DNA from: Paraspadella gotoi
Lineage: Eukaryota; Animalia; Chaetognatha
Length of the DNA stretch: 64,000 nt
Direction of reading: 5' to 3'
Assembly (NCBI GenBank): GCA_051294375.1
Contig: JBJCIZ010000282.1
Span: forward strand, 289,736-353,735
The notes beneath the pieces are model-generated. The model was not told where the DNA came from. It did no database searches and saw only the letters and a list, made by a program, of their open reading frames with translations. Each line of letters begins with the position of its first letter. The first letter of the stretch is position 1. A program made the position numbers and the translations under genes. Below, in pieces: positions 13,454-24,719 of the stretch.

Positions 13454-14073
13454 TATGGAGTCTTACGTCGTTCTAGAAATCTGAGGAAAGACTTTTTCAA
13501 TTGGAGATTTTCGTTAAAATGCTGCTACCAATATAATGTCAACGCCCCGTGGAAAACCAGATAAAAAAATAGATGTAAAAACACTCGATTTCCGATCCTT
13601 TACAATCTCAAGGGCTCGCATTTTTTTTTTCTCTTGACAAATAACCATCTTCTTTTGACATCAAAACCATTCAGATTCAAATGACTTGGTCCGCTCGGGA
13701 AAAATTATTTTCCATGCTATTTTTATATATAAAATAAAGGATTGTCTTAACTTCAATTACAATTCAACGCATTTAAGGTATGTTGTTCATTTTACAATAA
13801 ACTGTTCAAATTCAGTTAATTCCGATAAGCTTATGTCTGAAGGGCTCGCCAAAATTTTCTATTTTCTTGTATTTAGTTCATTCGTACATATCTAAACGCG
13901 TCAGGTTAAAGTGAAATAGTCCAGTATTATCGCGGAAAATTTTATTTAACATAAAAATAAAGAAGCAGAAGAATGCAAATTTTATTTTAATACTAAACTA
14001 AAGGAAATCTTTGTTCAGTCAGGTTACGTAGCAAAAAACGATGATTCTTTTTTTCCCTGTTTATCTTGAATCA

Positions 14074-14450
14074 GCTGACAAGTGCAAGAGCGGCTCGTGG
14101 GACTTAAAGCGACAGCAGCAGTGGCCTCAGGAGTCGGGGCAGAGTTGCCACGCAGCAGTATAATCGCGCCTTGGATGGATCGGATCGGAACGGTGTTCAT
14201 CCGCGGTGCCGAGTTCAACTGGCCGGTCAAGAAATATTTTGGTCTCCTTGACAAAGTATCACGATGGGTCATGGCCTTGAACTGATATAAGTGGCACGTG
14301 GAAGATCCGGATTTTCTTTCTCGACGACCCCGCCGAATTTGTCTCGGGACTGCGCCCGCAATGCACCGACCGCGCTGCTCCAAGCCCTGCAGTGCGAGAT
14401 AGATGCCCTGCCACCGGTCAACGGGACAACGCCAGAGCTTATCAATTTAA
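14074..14450 (+). other. Possible orphan exon inside element E
   Basis: Polypyrimidine acceptor ttttccctgtttatcttgaatcag followed by a GC-rich block. Cleaner copies read 'ADKCSSGSGLKATAAVAEWGRVAEQLQI' and 'VHPGRVQLAVKNILVSLTKYHDEVMALNEEVARKIRDFFLDDPPNL'. No family recognised. Confidence 0.35.
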
Positions 14451-15079
14451 GTGAAAACAGGTAAAAACTAAGAGTTCTGTTAATATATCCCTGTGGGATA
14501 ACGCAAAACTTTTGGCGGATCCCGGAGTTGAATTCCCTCTGGAGGCTATTGCGGGAAAACGAGAAAGAAGAGGAAAAAATAAAGTGTTGTTGTTTACGAA
14601 AAAAAAAATTAAGATCGCTAACAACAATGATAATTAAAAACGTTTTTAAGCTTACGAGCTAAGGATTTTAATCTTAAAAAAGTTTAATTATATATTCTTT
14701 TCATTGCCATGCATAGATATTTACAAAATAACAGTTTTTATTTGTAAAACCACGATTATTAATAATATCGATATGTTTTGGTTCTTGTTTTTTGAACCTT
14801 CATTCAACCAGTTTTATAGTTTTAAGAAATTATTTGGATACTAACTTTGAGATGATAGAGACGAGAGGCAATTTTAACTTTGATATCGTCTCACGTCCTT
14901 CCGAATTTAGTTAAATGGCCATTTTTTAATCAAAATAAAAACTCCTGTACTTTGTAAATATATTATTATATTTTTAGAAATTTATTAATATTTATAAATA
15001 TTATTGTTTTTGAAATGTTAAATTATTGTATATTTTAAGCCGAAACGTTAATTTTTAAATTTAACTCTAATTCTACCGC

Positions 15080-15175
15080 TAACTTACCTCCCCTAACCCA
15101 AACTTACCCCTAACCTAACTTACCTCTACCCCTAACTGTACCCCTAACCCAAACTTACCCCTGAGGCGACTTACC
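15080..15175 (-). repeat. G-rich (minus strand) minisatellite of GGGGTAAGTT/TTAGGGG units
   Basis: aacttacccctaaccc-type units; inverted copy at ~28800-28900, shorter arrays at 15462-15490 and 28515-28545. Confidence 0.7.
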
Positions 15176-15343
15176 ACTGGTCTCGTATCTCTAAACCCTA
15201 TACCTCTCTCCGTCTTTTTTCGAGCCGGTCTATTCCAACACGCCGTCACTTTGCCCTAGCTTTGGGCCAATGACCGTTAGATTGACCGGACACAGTAATT
15301 AGGGCCGAGGAGACCGTAAGGTCAAGTTGTTCGGTCCGGGCGA

Positions 15344-15390
15344 TGTATAAAAGTGGATCAGGAGAGAGCTCGTCTCACTCTTTTCTACGT
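15344..15390 (+). promoter_or_regulatory. TATA box plus initiator-like pyrimidine tract
   Basis: gTATAAAAg followed ~25 nt later by tctCActcttttt, the usual Pol II spacing; motif evidence only. Confidence 0.3.
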
Positions 15391-16391
15391 TCTCTGACAT
15401 TTTCGTCACAATTCTTCACTCTTCTCTGTCATATTTATTATTACATTCTTCGTCTTCTTACACCCCTAACCTTAACTTACCCAACTTTTTTACCTTAATT
15501 TATTTTTGTCTAGTTAATGTTACACTGTATTTCGGTAATTTATTTTTAACCAATAATTTATGTAAACCTTAATTTTTTACCCAATATATATTGGCTGTTG
15601 CTACCAATTTCATATAACAAAAATAAAAAAGTATTTAAAAAAAAATTATATCTGGAATTCCTTTATTTTTTTTTTTCCAAAACGTTATTCCTCTTCCCCG
15701 TTCCCATGTTCGTTCCGTCTTCTTTTTCCCTTAAGTTATTTAAAAAAAACCTGCGTCTTCCGGTTTTCCCAGAGGCCTCCATAGGCATTGATCTCCAGGA
15801 AGCCGATTATGGCATTAGTAGTACAGTTCTATGAAAAATTAAAAAGTGTTTCAATTTTGGCCCGCCCTACTATATATATTATAATATATACCTAGACACA
15901 GTTTGAATCCGACAATATTTTACCGTTTGATAACCAGTTCTTCGGTCATTTCTGTTTTTCGTTTTTATCCAGCTCTTCCAAGCTCTCGTAAAGTTATTTA
16001 AAAAAAAAATTTTTCGCCCGAGCCAGGGGTGTTGTTAAAAACCCAAAATATATGAAATTTCACCATTTCTTTAGTATTTTTGTAGCTTTTTTCAGCTTAA
16101 CGTTTTTAAATATAATAATCATTAAGTCAAAGTTAATTACTTAGATAAAGAGTTTTAATTTATTCCGTATTAACTCCTTTTTAAAACATTTATTAAAAAT
16201 ATTTAGTTTTTAGCTTAAGCCAAGGGGGTGTTGAAAGGCTAAAATGTCTAAATAGTTATTTTTAATATTTAAAAATCATAAATTTTACTGTTTTTTAAGA
16301 TAATATATTTAATCCATGGTAATGAAAAATATTTTGGATTACTTTTAATGCGTTTAAGTTAATCAATTTAATATTTTTTTAAAAAAACTTT

Positions 16392-16436
16392 GACGCTGAT
16401 GAAGGCCTCCAAATTGTGAGGCGAAAAGTGTTCGTC
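16392..16436 (+). ncRNA. Minimal type I hammerhead ribozyme (HHR1)
   Basis: gacg-CTGATGA-(ag)-GCCTC/GAGGC stem II-GAAA-stem III-cgtc. The cleaner inverted copy at 27537-27579 gives GAAAC-AT-GTT-cgtc with palindromic ACATGT stem III. AATAAA follows. Confidence 0.8.
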
Positions 16437-16861
16437 TCATAATAAAATTGTTGCCAAATACAATTATTTGTCTCCTGTAAAATAATTTTTTTTTTAAAAC
16501 TGAAAACCCTAAAAACCTTGTTCAGTTAAACAATTGATTTAACAAAGAAGCCTTGTTTTTCTCACTTAATCTAAAAAAACAATGAAAAGAAAGTTATGAT
16601 TTAATAAAAAGATTCATTTAAAAAGAATATCATCTATTTGTTTAATTGAAAAGCTTTCAAAAGCCATAAAAACTATTGCATGAAAATATACCTTTATTAG
16701 TCCGCTGTTAAATTAGATTAATTAAAATTAATTCATTTAAAATTCACTTTAAGATAACTATATTTACTATTAAAATTGTAAGCCAATGTACTTGTTTTAC
16801 GTAAATTTACTAGAGGCAAAATGGTGTTTAATATACAACGAATTTTTATTTTCATAGAAAA

Positions 16862-16910
16862 AACGTACTTGTTTCAGCTTTGAAGTGCAAGCCTTCTTCA
16901 GCACCTCGTC
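16862..16910 (-). ncRNA. Minimal type I hammerhead ribozyme (HHR2)
   Basis: Clean copy at 27013-27055 (+): gacg-CTGAAGA-aggcttgcattcaaagct-GAAAC-AA-GTA-cgtt. Confidence 0.75.
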
Positions 16911-17716
16911 CAATGAAGTGAGAAATTTTGAACAGTTTTGTTGTGTGAAAGAAGGGGGTGAGAGAGAGAAGAGAGAGAGAGAAATAGGCAAAGTTTCCAA
17001 ACACCAGAGTTGAGAAAAGAATAGTGGTTTCAAGTGGTGATGACAGGTAAGATATGAGGACAGATAGAGATTTGTAGTGTTGAAGTAAGAAATGAAATGG
17101 TCAGAGTTGAGAGAGATTGAAAGAAAGAGAGAGAGATGAGAACAGGGAGAGAGGAAAATAATAATACATTTCAAATGTACAACATTTAAAGTTTTATAAA
17201 CTAAATAACAGCCATTAACAAGTTAAACATACTTAATAGAATAAATAAAAGTGAGCCCCATCGCCCGAGCCTCTCCATTTTGTCCAAACCCAAGGTGGGC
17301 CAGCTACTTTGAGCTCTATCTTAACTCTTAGTTGTCTAACTTGTATAAACAATTTATCCTTTACACTAAATGTATCTTCTCACTTTCACAGTTTCATTTC
17401 ACCTTCACTAAACTTAATTGTATTTATTATCTATTAAGTAGTTAAGTGTTTAATGCTTGTTATTGTAGTTTAAAAACATTAATGTATATTTGACATGTAT
17501 TATTATTTTCTCTCTCTCGTCTTCTATTCCAATCTTCTCTCACTCTGACCATTCATTCTGATTCAAAACGTTAAAATCTCTTATCTGTCCTCATTCTTAA
17601 CTGTCCTCACCACCTTGACCACTATTCTTTCTCAACTCTGTGTTTGAAACCTTTTTTATTGTCTTCTCTTCTTCTCTTCTTTCACACAAAAAACTGTCCA
17701 AAATTTCACAATCATT

Positions 17717-17775
17717 GACGCCTGAAGAAGGCTTGCATTTCAAAACTTTGAATTAAAGCCGAAAATTGTACCGTT
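17717..17775 (+). ncRNA. Minimal type I hammerhead ribozyme (HHR3, long stem II)
   Basis: Clean copy at 26185-26239 (-): gacg-CTGAAGA-aGGCTTgcATTCAAAcTTTGAATcaAAGCC-GAAAC-AT-GTA-cgtt. Confidence 0.85.
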
Positions 17776-18354
17776 TTTCTATGAAAATTAAAAATTTGTG
17801 TGAATTAAAACCCATTTTGCCTCTAAATACACTATAAACGCACGCGAAAAAGAAAAGCGTTTAATTACCACCCGTATACTTAAATTTACTAAATTACTAT
17901 GTAATGCAGCTACAGTATTTTATGTAATGAGTAAGGCTTTAACCCTTTTCCTGCTCAGATTATTAGCTCAATTATGTAAACGTCAACTTGCCCCAGGTCC
18001 TAAACCCCAAGTTTGAGAGCTTGTTCCAATTAACCATAGTTAAGTTTTGAACAAAATTTGCAAGACTGTCTTCACAAAGATGTACGCACTTTTCCCCTCC
18101 CTGGAGGAGGCGTAAAAGCTCAGAATGCAGTATATGTCGAGAATTAGATACTTCTTCATACGTTGGTGTTATTATTTCATATAAATTTTTATAATATCCG
18201 TTCAAAACGGTTCAGGAAATAGGGCGTTTATTTGCTAAACATAGAAAATTTTGTATGCGTTTGCTTCTCCCAAAACCCTTGTACTGATCAATTTTTGGCC
18301 TGCCCTGTACTGATCATCCCAAAATATCCCAGATGGCCTCCAAATCACCATCCA

Positions 18355-18765
18355 CCGCGACGCACATCGTGGTCCTTTGACTTCAAATCTTACGACGGCG
18401 CATTTCAAGATTTCAGTCGTCGTCACTGCCCAAATTCTTCTGCCTTCGAATTCGCGGCCGCCGTCGATGACGTCTCGGTTGACCACCTCAAACCTTTCGT
18501 CGCCAACGTGGTTCGGAACCCCAACCATCCACGCGGCGCCTCCAAGTCATGGGATCAAGACATGGACCAAAGGACCAATGGCTGGCCGCCCATCGCCAAC
18601 TCCTGGCTCCACAGCCTGTATAGTCAATTGATGAAGCCACGCAGACCTCCTGCTATTGCGGATCCAAAGATATTCCAACAACGTGGTCGGTTCGTTGTCC
18701 TCTGCTGCGCTATTTGGATCAATCCTCCATCTCCTATCGGGACATTCGTCCTTGGGGGGGGGGCG
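18355..18765 (+). pseudogene. Gypsy integrase C-terminal (GPY/F) fragment and PPT
   Basis: The inverted copy (25290-25666) translates 'HRGPL..YDGAFKIISHCAKFFCLEFAGRLDDVSVDHLKPF', matching the Gypsy YxGPF...VSxDRLKP tail; followed by a G-run PPT (18753-18763). Confidence 0.75.
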
Positions 18766-20429
18766 GCTGAAGACGCTCTTTGTTTCAGATCGTCAACACC
18801 GGACAAAGATTCGCATGTTCAATCTCATTGGCCGATCCGACTCAAAAATTTTTCATTTCGTCGCTTCGTGATTATTCAACTGGATAAGTAAACTACATTT
18901 TAAAGAAAAATAGTGCCCCATGTCAGTACTATAAGTATTGTAATGTTTTAAAATATTTTAAATCTTATTATTGCTGCTAATATTATGGAACTTGTCCCAT
19001 TACAAAAAAAAACTTGTTTGTTATAATATTTTTTTATTCTATATGCGACTATTTAGTTGGAAATTGTGTTGCGAATTACGCTGCTTAATTCAATTAATCA
19101 ATATAGGTCAAGTCAATTATTTATAATTCAATCACAACAAACATTTCTTATTTCAAAGTTAATTATTTTAATTGACTTAATTAATATAAATAACTTTAAT
19201 TAATTAAAATATTTAATTATTTAATTACCAATTAATGATCATGGGCAGATCCGACATATTGTTGCTAAAATGCAGGCCTGATTTTAATAAAATTTATGGC
19301 AAACCTTTTTTAATAAAAGTTAATTGTATTTATTTATTTATTTATTTTTTAAAGTCTGAAAAAAAAAGTGGCGCGATTTTTTTCCAGGACTGTAATAGTT
19401 CTTTCCGTTGTCATGTTAATATAACCATTGCAATTCACCATCTTTTTTTATTAATAGGGCTACTATCCAGTTAATGAACATAATTAGTGAAATATCTAGT
19501 AATTAAAAATCATGTTGATGGTTGATGAATAAATTTTAATGTATATGGCGCGATGAAGGTTTCTCACCACGGGTTTGACCATGTTGGTCACTTTGTTGTA
19601 TGGTCAGTCACGAGGAAGCCGCCTACTCTTCTCTCTCTCTCTTTACTTGGTCTTTGGTCTCGCTCTCGTCTCGTTCAGTCTCTTCTCAACAACCTTTACT
19701 CAATTAACGTCTCTCTCTCTTTATGGTAATTTGTAATTACATGTATTATATACCACTATAATTAAAATTGACATATATTTCAAAAACATTAGCAAAGTTT
19801 ATACATAAAAATTTTATTTTGGCACAAGGTGTGCCTTCATAGGTGCCGTTTGTCAAACCCATAGTCTCAGAAGCCATTGACGGCAGGTAATCTGGCCGGA
19901 GAAGGGAAACCCCTTCAGGATTTCGTCGCCACCCCAACTAGGGCCTCTGCTGGTGGTTCGCAAGGGAAGCCGCAGTTCTGATTCTCGCTCTTTCTCGTCT
20001 CTCTTCTCTTCTGTATTTTCTTTATTCTTTTTTATTTCTTATTTAAATTTCAAAAAAAAATGATTTTATTTCTCTCTCTCGAGAGAGAAAAATATCAGCG
20101 ATTTTTTTTGTCGCAGCGCCTCGATTCTCCGTTCGATTAAATAAAAAGAACGGCGATCGATCGTTGTTTTAAATAAAAGGAACTAGCGAGTCCGGATTCT
20201 AAAGAGTTTTTTAAGCGGTAGTCAGATTCGGCGAAAATCATTGAATGGAGAAAGTTTCCGCGAAGGGTCGAAATTTTGAATGTTTTTTTTACATTTCTCC
20301 TAAACGCGTGGTCCAATTTAACATGAACTTGATATGTTACAATATTTCCCGGTTTTATTCGTACGTCGGGAGTATAAGGAATATATACAAAATTCATTTG
20401 GTGGTTCTCTTTGAGACATTTAGTTCCTA

Positions 20430-21146
20430 AGTATTCTCTGGCTTCGTCGCGATCTCGTTAACTTTTATCGCGACTTGAGAAGTGTGAAGAGCAAGCGATT
20501 CTTGCTCGAACCGTAAACATGGGACGATTCTGTTGCGACGTCTGTCAAAAAGGCAAAAAATCGCACAGATCGCCCTTCTCCTGTAAACCATTGATGCTTT
20601 GGGTTTAAAAATATCGTAATTAAACATTTGAAATAAAAATATTTTAAGCCTGGAGTAATGATACATAAGCCAAAACGTCGCGTAAAGTTGGCAATCGGAA
20701 AGCGGCAAAGTCTTCGATGGGCCAATAAGCGAACTTGAGCCGCTTCGTGAATTTGGACGTTTTTTACTGTTTTAATTTTGGGCATTATTTAATTAATATC
20801 GAAAAATATTTGAATAATAAAATATTTTAGGCAAGAAGCTGTTTTCGACTAAAAATTTTTCTTCGGAGAAAGCGGTCTAACCTGAGTTGGATCTCATCTC
20901 CCCGATTCCGCTCGAGGACCAATCACATCAAAGCTTTTTTTTTAGTTTTTTGGGCAGGCAAAATTTAATAGAAGAAATTAACAATTTAGGACGGAAAGCT
21001 TTATGTACCTGTCATAAAAAAGCGCTTCCGTGCGTCAAACTGTTTCAATATTTTTAATTATTTTTTGTTTTTTGAAACATTTTTTTTCGACAGTTAATCT
21101 AATATATTTTTGATAGACCTTTTAGTTTTGACGTGTTTCCGCCTTA
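20430..21146 (-). mobile_element. hAT-like transposon copy 2, gene 5' part and terminus
   Basis: Matches ~9881-10598 and resumes where 13453 stops; ends tttccgcctta with a flank different from copy 1. Confidence 0.85.
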
Positions 21147-21813
21147 ATACTTAGCCAACCCGGCAAATTTTCTAACGTTTCAATACCGTTTCGCCAATTC
21201 CGTTAACATAATGTCTGACCCCCTCTGCGTGTTTGATTATCGGCATTTCAGCAAAGTTATCTTAGCAACATACTCCATACCCATCAAAAGTCACGCGGCA
21301 AACTGTACGAGACATTTATTTCATGTTAATTTGTCGTTCAAGTCAATGTCGTTTCACGTCCCGTCTTTCTCTCTATCTCTATCAATCACAATATAGGTCA
21401 GTACCAAAGTTAGGACACCAATAATAAGTTAATGCAGTATTCACGTATCGACAAAGCAATAAGTGAAAAAGTTTGCGCGGTTTGTGTTTTTATTTCTATT
21501 TTCGCCGTCCGTTCCGTCTGTTTAGTTTTATGTTAACTGTCAATAAATAATATTTCCAATAATTGCAATGATGATTGAGCGATTGCTAAATACGTACCGC
21601 GCGAGCTCTCCGCCCGATTTTATTCAAAAGATAGGGCGTGACTTCGCGGCGCCCTTCTCTATGAAGAGATGCCGCTTCTATGGCAACCTCCCTTTCGTTC
21701 GACACCGCTTTCAGTGGTTCCCTTCGTTTTTTCTTATTTTCGTGTTCGGGACATCTCTTCGTTGGAGTGCCACCTTATTTTTCGGCCGCTCTTGTTCGTG
21801 GAGCCCCAAATCT

Positions 21814-22257
21814 TGTGCTGTAAAAAAACGTCACTAACCTTCAAACCGCCAAACTCGTCGTTCCCCAAGAACGCCTCTTTCACCGGATGTTTTAATGTTA
21901 TTTGGTCCCGGCGCGCTGAGCTCTGCGGTTCTTGCTAACGATCATACCACCGACGTAACCAAACAAACCATTTATTGGAGGAACCATTTATGTCGTAAAC
22001 AATAGGTAAAAACCGTACATCTTCGGTTCCCCGGCTTCAACCAAATACTTCGCGATCTCGAAAAATACTATTATTTTAAAGAAAGTCAAAAAATCATGTT
22101 CTCTCTGCAAAATTCCGATTCCGTCTCTTCGTCTCCCAAACTCGGGTATTGCGCCGTTTCTTCGATTCGCCGGCGCTGCTAGCGTTGTGACGTAACGAGT
22201 TTTGCCGCGCCGGCCGCCGCGTCCAGTGCCGCTGCGTTTGCCCGTTCTATCTTTACA
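21814..22257 (-). repeat. 5' LTR of a third LTR element (family G) with downstream PBS-like TTGGGGCTC
   Basis: Begins TGTAAAGATAG on the minus strand at 22257. The same sequence follows a PPT at 39461, and another part recurs at 42668-42871. PBS-like motif at ~21801-21809. Confidence 0.55.
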
Positions 22258-22979
22258 ATAAACTTTAAACTAGATATTTGAAAACAAGCCCGTCTATGTA
22301 GTCGCGCCCTAAAACATCTAATAGACCTCGTGTATTACCAGCAATCTATCTAAATAATCACTTTATCAATGGTTGATTTCTAAAACTCGATTCTAACCCA
22401 AAGAAAACCTAAATAATGTATAACGTTAAAGTTTTGTTTAATTGAAAAACCAAAAAACGCATAGCTTGTCCGGTTAAAAAAAAAAGAATATATATAATAT
22501 AACGAGAGTGATAGAGATCTATTTAACCGTACAAAATAATTAGTTGCAACAGTCAACGCCGAACTTTAATGACCCAATTTACCAAGCTGCCCCCGCTCTT
22601 TAGAAGACGTGACTCACTTAAGACGGCGGCGGCCTTTGAGGAGCGACGCCGACCTGCCGATTCCAAAAGGCGCCGGTGTGACGCCCTTTACGGAAAAAAA
22701 GCGGATGACGACGCGGAGCGCGAAGGTGGCGTGAGGTTCGCGTGAGGACCATTTTCCGACATCTGTTAGGAGGGTGGGGGAGAGTGACGTTGAGGTGGGT
22801 GAAGGTGGAAGGAAAGGTGGTTTGAGATTTTGGAGCACGTAAGTAGATCGGTTTCAATTAAGTGGCGATCTCCTCCTCTNNNNNNNNNNNNNNNNNNNNN
22901 NNNNNNNNNNNNNNNNNNNNNNNNNNNNNNNNNNNNNNNNNNNNNNNNNNNNNNNNNNNNNNNNNNNNNNNNNNNNNNN

Positions 22980-24322
22980 GCTAAAAGGGCAGGCCTGATT
23001 TTAATAAAATTATGGCAAACCTTTTTAATAAAAGTTACCTTTATTTTATTTATTTATATTTATTTTTTAAAGTCTTGAAAAAAGTGATCCTTATGGCGCG
23101 ATAATTTTTTTCTGCACAGGACTGTTAAATATTTTCTTTCCTTGTCATTTAACTATAACCATTGCAATTTCACCAATCTTTTTTTAAATTCAATAGGGAC
23201 CTATACCTTTATTCCCACGTACATGACATAATTAGGTGCTATGAATTATTTCTTAGCTAATTTAAAAATCATTGTGATGATTGATCTATGAGAAAAATTA
23301 ATAGTTTATGGCGATGAAGGTTTTCTGTCACCACGGGCTGGTTGACCATAGTTGGTCATTTGTTGTGTGTAATGGGGTCCCTAGTCACGAGGAAGCCGCC
23401 ATTACTTTATGTCCCCGCCTACTCTCTCTCTCTCTCTCTCTCTTTACTTGGTCTTTGGCTCTTCCGCTCTCTCTCGTCAGCTCTTTCTCACAACCCTTTA
23501 CTTATTAACGTCTCTCTCTCCTTATGCTGTGTTATATTTGCTAATACGATGTATTATATACCACTTATAATTAAATGACTATATATTCAAAAACTAAATT
23601 TAGGCAAGGAAGTTTAAACATAAACAAATTATTTATTGGTCCACAAGGGCCTTGCTTTCATAGGTTTCCGTTGTTCAAAACCAAGTTCAGAAAAGCCTGA
23701 CCGGCGCAGGTTTAAATCTGGACCGGCAGAAGGAAACCCCTCAGGCATTTCGTCCCGCCACCCCAACTGCCCTTGTCTTAACATGTTCTGCGCTTTTGGT
23801 GGTCGCGAAGGGAAGCCCAGTTTCACCTTCCTATTCTCGCTCTCTGCTCACTCTCTCCATCTCTCTGTATTTCTCTTATAATCTCTTTCTTATCTCCTAT
23901 TTCTTTATTTAAATTCAAAAAATGATTCTTGTTCTATTTAACTCTCCTTTATGGATATGAAACTAATCAGCGATTTTTTTTTTTAAATCGCTGCGCTCGA
24001 TTCTCCGTCGATTACCAATATAAACATATGAACGGCGATCGTTAGTCGGTTTAATTAAAAAGATAACTAGCGCACCGGAATTCTAGAGTTTTTAAGCGTA
24101 GTCAGAATTCGGCGGAAAATCTTAATGCCGAGAAAGTCTTCTCGTCGAAGGGTGCGAAATTCGACATGTTTTTTCCACAATCTTCTCCTAAACGTGCCGT
24201 CGTTGATCCAATTTACATGAAAACTTATATTTACAAATATTCCCGTTTTATTCTACGTCGCGGATGCCGTATAAGACATATATTATCAAATTCATGTTTG
24301 GTTTCTGAGACATTATCGCTAC
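22980..24322 (+). repeat. Second, noisy copy of the right end of element E
   Basis: Direct match to 19264-20429. Confidence 0.85.
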
Positions 24323-24719
24323 GAGACGAGAGCGAGAGAGGAACGAGAGAAGATGAGAGAGGACGAGAGAGAGAAGATCATATAACTAGAAGAGCAGAGA
24401 GACCACTTTTATTCTTGTCTGTTTAAAGAGCGATCAAGCGAGAGAGCGCGACTGCTCGGAATCTTGCCTAATTTCAGCTGTAAATCTAATAGAGTGTACG
24501 GAACATAGAGTAAGATAGATGATTCCCGAAGCCTAATGACGACGAGAGAAGAGATGATTCCTAAACAAACATCGGATTACCCCGACCACAGAACGTATAG
24601 AGGATACGCCTCAACCATGAGAGAGAGAGATGAGAGAGAGAAAGAGAATAGGCGAACAAACCAAGACAGTATACCCATGACCAGAAGAACGTACCGAAAA
24701 AAAACGACAGTCGATAACA

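Larger units (their letters stand above)
16805..17830. mobile_element. Penelope-like (PLE) remnant: two ~430-bp HHR-bearing units in inverted orientation around a ~170-bp spacer
   Basis: 16810-17250 is the diverged reverse complement of 17420-17827; each unit ends HHR + AATAAA-like + ccattttgcctcta. Inverted pseudo-LTRs with HHRs are established PLE features. No RT or GIY-YIG ORF seen. Confidence 0.6.
13454..20429. mobile_element. Element E: ~7-kb non-autonomous TIR-type insertion with TAGG-like termini and mixed cargo
   Basis: Interrupts transposase exon 2 at gtagtatc|tctg, with an AGTATC-like target duplication on both sides. Left end ta(t)ggagtc(tt)acgtc (clean TAGGAGTCACGTC at 36135); right end gacatttagttccta. 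No transposase seen inside. Confidence 0.7.

Noticed and set aside
18232-18891. 219-aa ORF with 'HIVVL(D)F...AAEDAL' suggesting a DEDDh exonuclease
   Set aside because: The cleaner inverted copy translates as a Gypsy integrase GPY/F tail followed by a PPT; the ORF is a frameshift composite.
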